Positions 38,616-51,195 of a stretch of 64,000 bases of DNA are shown one piece after another. The position numbers and the translations under genes were made by a program. Under the pieces are notes generated by a model, which was not told where the DNA came from, did not search any database, and saw only the letters and a program-made list of their open reading frames with translations. Every line of letters starts with the position of its first letter. Position 1 is the stretch's first letter. Source of the DNA: Adineta vaga (lineage: Eukaryota; Animalia; Rotifera); NCBI GenBank assembly GCA_021613535.1, contig CP075495.1, positions 1,550,001-1,614,000 of the forward strand. Direction: 5' to 3'.

Positions 38616-40047
38616 CACGTTCTGTTTAATGCGACGTGTGGAGATAGATGCACATCAAGCGTTTTCTTTTCTTTTTTTTCTCAATGGTGGCTAGTGGTGC
38701 GAAGACGAAAGAGAAAGAGAGAAGAAGAGAAAAAAACCGAGACGATCGTTTGTTTTAATGTATATGTAGGACGATGACGACCAACGAGAAATAAGAGAAT
38801 GTATGTAAAGAAAAGAAAATATTCGTCGACGAACCGGAGAAAAGAACGCAGTAAACGAGAAAGAGAGAAAGAAAACTGCTCGATTTTGATCTGGTGACGC
38901 TTGTTGAATAAGGTCAAGCTGAGATTTGATTACATCAATATTGAAACATGCACACACACACGTTTGTTCGGCTACTACTATTATACATATATATATGGAT
39001 GTGTGTACTCACTACCGATAAGCCTAGTACGATCGACCAATGTATACGCAAGGCGTCTGGTCAAAGAGAAAAATCGAGTGAGGAACACACATACACATCT
39101 CTGAATTGTTGAATTTAGTTATTTAAAAATGCTCGATTAATTATTCTTAAAAAAGAATTTTTTTAAATGCTCATTAATAAAATAATATTTGATTTGTTCA
39201 TTTTCACATCAATAAAATATATGAAGATTGCTGTTTCGTTATCACCAGAAACATCATATAATGTATATATATATATATATATTGATAGAGTGATGAAGAT
39301 CTCATTATGAAGAATTAGTTACTTTTTTTTTCTCTATTCGTGCCGATTGATAATAATTAATTAGATTTTGACCTTGTATTTGTCTTATCAATGAAATATT
39401 CATTTTTTTCTTCTTCTTCTTGTTCTCAAAATTAGACATTGTAGTCGAGTTATTTCTCTTCTTCTGGATTCTTTTTCTTTCTTTTTTTTGCCACTGTTTG
39501 TGTTGTTCGTTTAACGAAGCCAATTATTTCTCATCGACTAACATAAAAAGAAGTTTTTCTTCTCTGTTGGTTGTACTACTTGAAACAGAATATCTGGTGT
39601 GTGTTGTGTATGCACATGCATGAGTCGTAAATTATTTCACACACACACACACACACATGCATTGAAGAGAGAACGACTTGTGTTGATCTACTCATCAGTA
39701 AAAGAAGATGATGTTAGAAGGCACGAGTGCGGTATCCCGAAGGCTAAATACAAACAGTTGACTTTTTCTTTGAGACATCCTAAAGGAAATATTATTGTTG
39801 ATCTTTCTTCAACGAAACATCAATTAGTATGTGCGAACAAAAAGAATAAAAAATGAAATCCCGCGTTCGAAAGAAGATGATCTTCAAGTGTTTTATATGC
39901 TTGTCGACATACATAGAATGAAAGACATAAGTGATGAATTGAAAGCAATGCGTAAATCATTGATACATTTACACACTTAACAATACATTTATATATATAT
40001 ATAGAAATGATGAGATGCCCCGCGAGAATAATCAAAAAAGAATGAGA

Positions 40048-40057
40048 TAGATGGCGT
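40048..40057 (+). promoter_or_regulatory. CTCF/YY1-like motif TAGATGGCGT
   Basis: Same core as at 32183 and 50606, on the far side of the Lhx pair. Confidence 0.4.
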
Positions 40058-40628
40058 ACGATCTCAAATAAATATGAAGTTTGAATTAATTGAAAAATGA
40101 TGTATCATTTCATCTTTTAACCATTCTCTCTTTGTCAATCGGCATGAGTTCGTTAGGATGTCTCCTGTTGTTTTGCATGGTGAGAATATTGTTTGATCAT
40201 TGAGAAGAGAATAAAGAGTGCGGTATCACTGTCATCATCATCATCATCATCATCATCTTGTTGACTTGATTCTCCTCTTCTTCTTCTTTTGCTTAGTTTT
40301 AAATAAAATAAAAAAGGATGAAACAGTTAATTCGATCTCACTTGTGTCTCGTCTCATGACTCTTCAAGTAGCAAATGATCTCATGTCGGGACGACTAGAT
40401 GCAATCATGCACAACAAGTCTTTTCATTCGTTTAATCAATTTTTTTTCGGTTAATTGTTTTCATTTATGTTCACCGTTTCTAACAGTTCACAAATCAATT
40501 TTTCTTATATAATCGTATTGTTACTTTATATTTCAATAACTATTTCTCGTATAAACTAATCATACTATTCTTTAACCATGTTTTATTTACGACTAAAAAC
40601 GAACAACGATCGATATGAACTATAATTT

Positions 40629-42033
40629 TCAACGAAGAACATTTGTCTGTTGAAAATAATCTTGTTTAATATTATCATGTGTGAAGACTTTTTTTAATCG
40701 AACACATAATCCATCAAAAATAACAGTACCACGTTTATCAGTTTTCCATTCAATTTGATCATCGGGTATAAGATCACAAAAATCAGATTCATTACTTTGA
40801 GAATTATTCAATGTTTGACCTTGAATTACAAATGAATCTGGCATTTGACGACAACGAAGAACAAGTTTAGCTGTATAAACACATTTATCTATTTGAGATG
40901 TGAATTCCATTGGAGTTGCATAATGATTTTGAGCAGCATAACGAATAGTTGGTGAAGTAAAAAATGCTTTTTGACTAACGATGAAAATACAAAAACAATG
41001 AGAAAAAGATTATTTGTATATTTACGAATTTACTTAGGAATATGTCCTAGTCGAATATTTAATTGAGAACCATCGAAAAGTGTATCGCCTGGTAAACAAA
41101 TTTGTCGATGTTTTATCATTGATAATGCAGCATTTGGTAATGTTCCATGATAAGATACTGCCCATTTATTCTACATAAAATAATTTTATTCAATAGAAGT
41201 TCTTTATAAAGAATGCAAGTCGTTTTTACCCAAATTTGATGTACTTTAGTTTGAACTTCATCGACTTTCAGTCCAAATTTCATCCAATTTCTTGGAATAA
41301 TGATTGGATATTTATTTCCAATATTTGCTTGGCACGCATTTGGCATAGTTAATGGATAACATGTCTTACAGAAACATCGATCATATTCAGATGCAAATAA
41401 TTCTGTTGGCCAATTGAGTCGATCGACCAATTCACTGCATAAAGCCTAAATAATGAAAATAAAATTATTAGTGATTTTGTTTTAGTTAAAATTAAATTAT
41501 TGACTCGATAAGAACATAATGATGGAGTCAATTTTATCGGTGACATGACTATAGTAGGTTGATATTGTTTATTCGATGGTGCAATAGAAGTAACTCTACC
41601 AATATCAGATTTTTTATTAAACATGGCCATATGTTCAACACGTTCAATAATTTGTTGCATGGCACGTGCATCTTGACGTGTATCTAGTAAATGAAAATCA
41701 TCAATATCCTTTTGAAGTTGTTTTTTTTGCATAAATAATGGTGAATTTTCATTTGATTCTTGTAATAATTGTTCGTTTTGTTTCAGTAATTTATTATGTA
41801 ATTCTTTGCACATTTCGTTAATAAATAATTCGAATACTGAATCAGTGGAATCATGATCAGGTATAATTAATTTAAGTTTATGTTTTGAAGTTAATTGAGC
41901 TGCAAATGTTCGACGAATCTTTGTCTAAATATTTATAAAAAAAAGGGAATAAAACTACAAAATCATTTGTTAACATTAGTTTATTTCATTTCAATAAAAC
42001 AAAAATAACAACAATTACCAATTTATTATCCAT
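40629..42033 (-). CDS. Protein with a NEURL4 C-terminal-like (PARP/ART-like) domain and an N-terminal coiled coil, no NHR repeats
   Basis: CFCKTCY...IPRNWMKFGLKV...WAVSYHGT...LPGD...FFTSPTIRYA...YA...CRQMPDSF...QIEWKTDKRGTVIFDGLCVRL. Confidence 0.75.
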
Positions 42034-42177
42034 GTGATATGACAAGAAATAGATGGAGAAAATTCGAATGTTTGTTTTTCTTTGTTATATTGTTTTGAAA
42101 GTGCCTCTCTCGATTAAATAACGTATATAACTTAATACAAAGGAGAGGGAAAAGAACGAAAAAGAAGGAAAATATTG

Positions 42178-43133
42178 TCAACTTTTTCCACCACAACAGC
42201 CTTTACTACTACTTGGTTTTATATCTTGATCATCTGGAACAACAATGTCATCTTTTGAAGCATTGGATGATTGTATTACGTCAATATGCTTCATTATCTT
42301 TAGAAAAAAAGGAAACAATGTATATAGATTAAATAAATTAAATTATTACTTCATCGATAAGAAATCGTATTGCATTGTCAATATTGATGTTATCCTTTGC
42401 CGATGTTTCAAACCATTTGGCAAATCCTTTTTCTTCACAGTATTCGTTCATTTGTTGAGCATTATCAGCCAAATCATCTTTAACCAAGTCACACTAAGTA
42501 ATACAGTATATACTTCTACAACTTGTAGAAAGATTTCCTAGTTAAAACTATACTTTATTAGCAAGCAATACACAAGGTATACGATCTCCATTTGGTAACT
42601 GAACTTTATTATCAAGATCGGTCTTCCATTTAGCAGCAGCATCAAAGGTTGATTCACGTGTTATATCAAATACAACTAAACAACCAACTGCATCTTTATA
42701 ATAAACTCGCGTCATATTGCCAAATCGTTCTTGTCCGGCTATATCCTATGATGAAAAATAATAGAACAGCAATATATAATATCGAATCTTACCCATAGTT
42801 GAAGACGAATAACGGTATCATCATCGTATCGAACTAATTTCAGTGCAAAATCGACACCAATCTATTGAATTTATTCATAGAAATTGAGAAAAAAACCTGA
42901 ATATGATTAGTTATGAATACTTACCGTAGAACGATAATGTTCAGAGAAAAAGTTGTGCATATATCGTTTTACAACAGCCGTTTTTCCTGTTGCTAATTCT
43001 CCGATCACAAGAACTTTGAATAGATGTTCTTGTTTGTCATGGATCTCTTCAGAAGAAGTGTCATTTTTCGAGGTCTAATAATAAATACGAAATTCAGTTC
43101 GTTTTTGAATGATTAATAAAGTGTACTGACCAT
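42178..43133 (-). CDS. RAB32: Rab32/38 family small GTPase
   Basis: EHLFKVLVIGELATGKT; IGVDFALK; WDIAGQERFGNMTRVYYK (Rab32/38/29 signature); NKCD; ETSAK; C-terminal GCCGGKS. The first coding exon is ATG only. Confidence 0.93.
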
Positions 43134-44220
43134 GTTCTTTTTACTGAAATAAAATCTTTGAAGCAATGATATTGTAAAAAATATCAAAAAGAAAAAGGTG
43201 ACTGTTAGCTTCTTAGAAGATAAGATAAGAAGATATATTATGCAAGGTGAGCATTTATATTAAAACAAAATACTTTTTTTAGTTCTTATGATTATTTATT
43301 TTGATTAATAATAAACATCATATGTAATATTTCGTCTTTAAGAAAAAAGAGTCATCATAAGTATAGTATGTGAATCATAGTTTTTGAAAATAGCACGAGA
43401 TGATTTCATTTATATGCTTCGTGATATGACATCAGTGCAAAGTATACTTTTCGAAAATCTATTCCTTATGTTATTCATGTCATCGAAAGACATGAATTTT
43501 TATCATTATGGGTTATTTAGTCTACTTGCATTGTTTGTTTTCAAAGACATCTGTAATGTCCCTTCCTTTTTAATAAACATTTTATCGCAAGTGTGTATTA
43601 TTTGCAATGACAGAAGTATTTAGAATATTCGATGAATTAAATAATTAGTAATAATAAAAGTTTGATTTGTGCTAATCAAAAATGTGTCTTTTAGTTGATC
43701 TATCAAATAGATATGCTGATGCTTATTGTTACTACTAGTATTTTTATAAAACAACATGGAATTATATTTTTCTTTTGAAGCACTTTTTGTAACGATGCTT
43801 CTGAGTGATTTATTTATATCGGGTCACAGTCTATGTCCTTTTTGATTAATGCAGAAATGCACTTAGCGTTCAAAATAAAGTTTCGCGGAAATCCGGCTTT
43901 TATATTTGCTTATCATTTATAGTAAGAGTTCGTTTGTGTCTACTAATGCTTTTACTTTGTACATCATAAATGAAGTAAAAATAAAAGATTCCCTATATGA
44001 ACGAAAAATTTAATGGTTGCCATATTGGTTTTTGTAATTTCAAAGTAAATAATGATTAATTTAAATCTCATCTGATGATTTAATGCATGGTGTACAACAA
44101 TTTTCTTTCTATTAAAATATTACTTTACGACAGTTTTACTATTCTAATCGATCGTTTCGCAGCATTGTATGCTTATTGGATGTTTAGTATTACTCTCTCT
44201 GAATGTATAATCATTGATAA

Positions 44221-46833
44221 ATGATTTCAATTGTATTCTCAGTCTTACTCTTAATTACACGTGTACAACCTAGTCATTATAAAGTAAAGTATATAAATAC
44301 ATCATAAACAAATCGATAGATCATCGTATGTATAGGGCGGTACTATAACTTGGAAACCGGTAGATCCGTACACAAATGCAAGTTTAGTTCAAGTCATTAT
44401 TTCCGAAAAACATTCATGGACGTTAAGTCGATTTACATGTGATCAAACATTGATTGATACTTTAGGTTATTATGACGATATTTATATTGGTGGAATCTTT
44501 CTATCATGTTTATCAAGTAGTGCATCTTGTTCATCAAGTCTTTTTCAAAATAGTACTGATCGAACATTTTGTACTGATTTTTCTCAAGCTGTCAATATTA
44601 GTACTGGTTCTTTGATTATCAAACAGACTTTGTCTCGTACAACTAATATCCTTATTGGATTTACTGGTCTTGCTTGGGCTGATGTTATTATACCTACAAG
44701 TGGTACACTGCAAGGATATTGGAGTGTGATGACTCGCATTGATCTTACGAAAACGTATCCTATTAATTCATCACCAGGTAACAATCTTATAAAGTATATT
44801 ACTATAAACATTTGTTATCTATTCATATTCAAGTCACTGGTTCATTACCAATCATTCGTGTGATTGAAAATCGTACAGCAATAATTCAAATTCCTGCTGC
44901 GGATTGGGATGTGACAAATACTCTTCGATGCCGTTGGGCTACTAGTCCTGGTGCTGCTGGTAATGAATGTGATGATATATGCAATAATTTAATTGATGCA
45001 AATTTATCATCAACGTTAGTTTAATATCTATTTTTTGTTGAGAAAATAGGAAAATATTTTTCAACTCTGACATATTGATTTATAGTGAATGTACTCTAAC
45101 ATGGTACGCGGTTCGTCGACCCATTGATATCACTCGATCGTTTTTGTCAAGTACTTATGTTGCAGCGATAATGGTTGAAGATTTTATAGATTCCACCAGC
45201 ACTGTTCCATTGAGTTCTGTACCACTACAAATGTAATAGCAATGACAAATTTATGTTTTATTTCCTAAAACATATCTCATTGCATCATGTTAGGCTCATC
45301 TTTACATATATTCCAACACCCGGTGCTTGTTATTCAACACCATTGATTACAGGTGATCGACCAAATCGAGCTTGTATCGGTACATTTCAAAGTTATAAAT
45401 ATGATGAGACAGATTTTACAATATTTCTTTCTAGGAGTTCCAATCAATGTTACTTATACTGAACGTATTGTTGCTACTGTTTATTGTGCAGGTGATTATA
45501 TAATAGAATTCATTACTACATCACCATTATATATGAAAAAAACAGCACCAGCTCGTGTAAGTGGTACTACAAATCAATGGTTTATTACATTAACATGGAC
45601 ACCGATCGATGATCAAAAAGGACCACAGGTAAATCAATTTCTTTCATGGAAAGAAATATATTTGCTTATGAAATTGTTCTTTACAGGTATTCTGTGCGGC
45701 ACCAATTGATCAAAATGAATTAACTGGACCACAGCATTGTATTAATTATGTTGTTGGTTATGCAGCACCTAATCTTATTCGTCCAAGTCTTGTTCAAGGT
45801 ATGATCTATAATCATTCGACATAGTCTAATATTCATTCATTTCATAGGAACAGCATCACCTGTCGGTACTGTTTTTTCTAATCATTCTATATTCAGTATT
45901 TCTGGTAAACTAATATAACGACATCGTCTCTTTCTAAAAGATCTTTGTATTCTGAAAAATTTAGCTACTGGTGGCGTTTACCATCCAAATCGTAATGGAA
46001 CATATATTCAAATATTTAATCAAGCAAATCCTTCAACACCCGTTTGGCAAGTTGATTGTGGTCATTCATCCGATGTTATATATACTGGTCAAACAGTTTC
46101 CTTTATTGTTCGCAATCCTAATTGGATACATGGTGCACTTTATTATATTTTATTTGATAGTGGAGCAGCATCGGGTAATGTCTTTTGTGCTCCTGAATCA
46201 GATCCAATTTATGGTAAATGATTTTTTCAAAAAATTCATTCGAATTTTATTATTTAAAAAATCTTTAGATCCAACTTTTTGGACTTTTAATATTTGGAAT
46301 CCCGCTCGTTCAAGTACAACAACAACGACAACGACACCTTTTACAACAAACACTGTTATTACACGAGTAAGATTGTTTTCTTATCATCTTCTGAAATTAA
46401 GTATTAATTTTACTAGCCTATAAGCACGACAACTCCTTTGGCTAATTTAACAACTACTGGAATCATTGCCGTTACTAGTACGACTCAAACAACAACAACA
46501 ACAACTACAACAACTTCAACGACAGAAAGCACAACAAGTAATTCATAAAACTATCTTAGTTTAATTACACTTTCATTATCTCCCATAGCTACTACAACTC
46601 AATCAACCGCTTTAACAACAACTGAAATGAATGTTATATCATCCCAAGAACTCATAACAATATGTCATCTACCTATAACTATTGGAACAATCATAATCAT
46701 ATTAGCTATCGCTTCAATTCGTCTTATCAGTTTATACATTCTCTTTACAAAATTAAACAATATCTACAATCCTAATCATCGTTTGGCAAACGCACGTCGT
46801 CAACAATTTCAAAAAAAAATTACTCCTATTTAA
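44221..46833 (+). CDS. Uncharacterised type I membrane glycoprotein: SHxxGGTITW domain, Ig-like repeats, Thr-rich stalk, TM
   Basis: Signal peptide; SHYKGGTITWKPVDP; INSSP...DWD...LRCRWA; TTTTT stalk; hydrophobic ITIGTIIIILAIASIRLISLYILF; many GT-AG introns. Confidence 0.7.
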
Positions 46834-46920
46834 GATATCATATCTAAACAGCACATTTTCCTCACTAATTTATTTTCTTTTATTACAAAATTTTAATAAA
46901 AAAACGCAATCATTCTGTGT

Positions 46921-47856
46921 TTAAACTTGTTTTTCATTGAACCAAAATTTCCACTGTAATAACACACTGTAATCCGGTTTTTCTATTTTATCAAATTCTT
47001 CTCGTGTTCGTAATCCTTGTTCTTTTTGACATTTAACACAGAAACATTTTTCTCGAGGATAAATGCTACCAAAAATTTGATCCCAAATTTTAAAATAAAA
47101 TCCAGTATGATATGGTTTATTCTTAATAGAAATTGCATGATGTAAATAATGTTGAAACGATGTATTAATTATTGGATGATGAGCATCGGGATAAGAAAAT
47201 TCATGGCCCCAATGAAGATAAATGCCATATCCATAGAAAAATGTTGCAAACTAAAAAGGTAAATATTTCATCGGATAAAATTTTCAAAAGGGATTTTCTC
47301 TCACTTGAAAGAATAATAAATCCATATTAATTGGCATAATTGCTGGTAGAACAACTAATGGTAATGCACGTACAAATTGATCCAAATATTCATCAGCAAT
47401 AACAGCGAATGGTGTAGGATTGAAGAATTGATGATGAGACTTATGTATATTCCAACAAGCATCAATCGTATGACCCATTCGATGATAAAAAAATTCAAAG
47501 AAATCTGTTGATAACCAGATAATAAAGAAACTAATTAACAAATATCCCCAACCGTATTCGCCAACACCACAATATCCGTACAATTTCTGTCGTCCCATTA
47601 AATGTAAAGCAAGAGCTGGACAAAATGTTGCAGAAAGAAGACCTTTTAACATGAGAATAATTTCTGTACGAACACCATTGGGTGAAGGATATTTTGGATT
47701 AGATTTTTGTAACCATTTGTCGAACGTTATTTTCACATATGAATGATAAAAGATCAATGTAGAAAATAAAATCAAGACACCAAGTGCGATAAAAGTTAAT
47801 ATCATCCATGTTAAGATAAAATTATTTCCAGACCAAACACTTATTTCGCACAACAT
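46921..47856 (-). CDS. Sterol desaturase / fatty acid hydroxylase superfamily (C5-desaturase/ERG3-like), one intron
   Basis: His boxes YHRMGH, IHKSHH and HYLHH; TPFAVIADE; FKIWDQIFG. Confidence 0.88.
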
Positions 47857-48179
47857 TCTATCAGTAACTAAAAAACCTGACTACTCTGTTCTGTTTTTTG
47901 TTGTTATATATCTTTATTTTGTGAGTTGAATGATAAGGAACGCAAAAGGTTGATATTCTTCTATTAAAAATAGAGAATAAATGATAATAGAGGACAAAAT
48001 TCATGTCTGTGTCAAATCAGTATTTTAGAATCATTGTTTCAAGATGAAATACGATGAATCTATTCACAATAAATTCGATAAAAGAGAACAGAATGACGTA
48101 AATATGTATTACTCATCGAAAAAGATATGAAAATTGATAACAATAATAGATTCTTTATTATCTTTAACAAAACAAACAA

Positions 48180-50405
48180 TTACACATGATTTTGTCCATT
48201 GGTTTTAACTAGTTTTAAATCATGTGGATATTCTTGTCCATTGATAACTAATGGAGTAAATTTTTCATCATCTTTAAATCGAACAAAACATCGTCCGAAT
48301 ATATCATCGGGACTTGTGAATATTCCAATCATAATCGAATCTTCACGAAGAGATTGATAGAGTTGTTTTGTATATTTGCATATTTTCATTAACGATTGAT
48401 CTTCATCATTGTCCGATGGAAGATAAAATTGTATCCAAAGAAATTCATGGTTGGGAAGTTGTTCAAGACCAGTTTGCAAAGCTTCACGATTCGATGATAC
48501 TTTCATCGTTCGTAAAGATATCGTATCATTTGTTACTGTTTGTTCAATAATCAAAGCTAAACAAATGAAATCATTACGAATGATTTGAATTATTCATTAA
48601 AAACAACTTACCTTTATCTTGTTGTCTAATTTTCTTGAAGAAATCTTCTTGTAAACCAAATTTTGTTTCAGTTAGAAATGTTCGACATTCTTCAATACTT
48701 TCATTCAATTGTAAAGAATCAAAATTTCCTAAAACTTTCAAATGATCAACACCACCGAGAAACCAATCACCAAAATTAATATCTAATTAATCAATTTAAC
48801 AATTTATTGAAATTTTAGAAGAAATTCTTCTTACTATTACAAAGTTTTAATTGAATCAATTCCATTGTTGCTCTTGCATCTTCGGTTGGATCATGTTCTA
48901 AACGTGTTTTTTGTATTAATCGTCTAAATATTCAAATCATTCGTTTGCTTATCAATAAATCGGAAATATTTTACCCGAAAAAGATGGCGTAAAGTTTTTG
49001 TAAACTTGTCTTTTGAAATCGTGTTCCGCTAACATTAAAAATAATCGATGTATCAATAATATATGGATAATAGAATTGTAAATATTTCAAATCATTTTCA
49101 ATACTATGTCCAGCTAATATCGTATCATCATCGAATAAATTTCTCATATCTTTACGAACTTCTTTTAAACTTCGTTCATGTATATCAGGAACAATACTAA
49201 GAACTTGTTGACGACTAAATTCAAATAAATTCCGTAAAAACTATGTTCTAGATAGAAATCTCTTACCGTAGTTGATATTCTGCGGAATTTTGATCATTAT
49301 TTGGTTTGATTAAAACTTGATAGACACAATTTAAGTTTTCATCAACAATAGATATCCAATATGGAATTTGTCGATTACTAATATCTTCAAACTAATTTTA
49401 AAGAAAAAGAGAAAGAGAATCTTTTGTATTTTCCGCGAATGAATAAATCAATTGAATAACATACTGTTTCAACATCTAATGCTAATATTTGACTTTTAGA
49501 TGTAATTGGTTTATAGGAAGATTTAATTCGTTTGAATTTCTTATATGGATTATAGATTTCACATGGATAATTTCCACTAAGTAATTGTTTGAGATTAAGA
49601 ACGAGTTCAACACGTGAAAATTGATCACCACATGGTCTTCGGAATGGTTGAGGAGACGGTTCTTCCTCCTCTAATCGACGTTTTCGAGCACTTAATTGTT
49701 CTGCTTTACTTGTTACTGCAGATGAAGCTATAGGAATCATAAATAAACGATTATATTAGAAGAAAAAAAACAATTCTCACCTTGAGATTGATTGACGGAT
49801 CGTGGTTTTGCAGCAATTTTACTGAATTGTTCAATGAAGGAAATATTCTTTTGAGTATGAAAACGAAATGTACGACAGAGATTTTCCTGTAATTAAAGAG
49901 CTCAATTTTGTTTTCAATTTTAAATAATTCTCTCCTACTGAAGTAAATAGTCCATTCCATCGTTGAAATTGTTCAGTATCTTTTAATTTTTCATAATTTT
50001 TATCCAAAGCACCATTCACAACAATCACGAGTATTTGTTGAAGTTTTTGAATACGTAAAATCTTACTCCAACTAAATAGAAAATAATAAATCGATTGATT
50101 AAATCTTATTAAAAATTCTACCCAGAATCGTGACCACGTGGAGCTTTATCTGCACAACTGAGTAATAGTGATTGAATACTTTTCACTGTTAAAATTACTT
50201 GTTTAGAAGAATCATCTTCATTTGAATGAGCAACTTGATTAGAAGTTATAACAAATTTTGGTTTATTCTAAAACAAGATGAATTCAATTGATGATTATTT
50301 AGATGAAAGTTAAGATAAACAAACAGCTTTGAGTTTTCGTCGTGCATTAATTGCTTGAATAAATTGACGTTCAAATTCAGGCGAAGGATTTTCAATAATA
50401 CTCAT
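48180..50405 (-). CDS. DEDDh RNA exonuclease (REXO1/REXO5-like)
   Basis: ExoI ILALDVET; ExoII ILAGHSIENDL...IIDTS; ExoIII HDPTEDA; multi-exon. Confidence 0.85.
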
Positions 50406-50605
50406 CGTTTTAGTAAAGTTCGATCGAAGAAACAATCAATTGGATCAATTAATTGATGAAATCATTCAACAAATCGGAAAGCTCGATGAATGAAATATGC
50501 ATCAATTAAAGTACAAAAAACAAACTTCGATAAAAAGAATATTTCTTTTTATATTTTATTATAAAATTTAAACAATTCATAATATAACAAAATAGAATGT
50601 TTCAA

Positions 50606-50617
50606 TAGATGGCGCTA
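50606..50617 (+). promoter_or_regulatory. CTCF/YY1-like motif TAGATGGCGCTA in the divergent promoter between the exonuclease and permease genes
   Basis: About 200 bp upstream of the exonuclease ATG. Confidence 0.45.
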
Positions 50618-51195
50618 GTTTCCTATTGGCTAGTTTGTTTTGTTTTCTGTATCTTGATCAGAATTAATTTTGAGAAAAGTAATCTATTAAAAATATTTTG
50701 ATAGAAAAAACAATCAAAGGACAAATGTTTTCTGTTAAACTATCGAGTACGTACAAAGATCGTTTTTTTTTGTTTTATCATCATTATTATCATCACTCGT
50801 CTTATCAGTTTCATTAACACAATAATAAAAACATCTGTACTAATATAATTCCTTCTATCGTTTAAGATAAAATATCCATGGATCCAGTTATTTTGTCTCA
50901 TCTGATATTATCATTATCCACTCTCTATCAAATAGAGATTACTATAGTCATATACATAGAGCAGAGCAGAACAGCGTGACGATATGTGTCTAGTGACGAA
51001 AGATATCCAATGATGAATTATATGATAAACAGTTTATCGAATCGAGATAATTATATGAGAGTTTCTTGTCATCATTATGTTGTCGAACAAAGGTGAAAAA
51101 GAAAGTATGAAGAAGCAATTTTATATAAATAATGATAAGATATTTACACATTGTTTCTTTTCTTTTCATATATAGTCAAAATAGATACTATCGAA

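Noticed and set aside
32339-39375. Several AGGTCA nuclear-receptor half-sites around the Lhx pair
   Set aside because: The number of hexamers is compatible with chance, and no DR/IR spacing was seen.
39637-40257. (CA)n and (CAT)n microsatellites and the ORFs they create
   Set aside because: Ordinary simple repeats in non-coding DNA.
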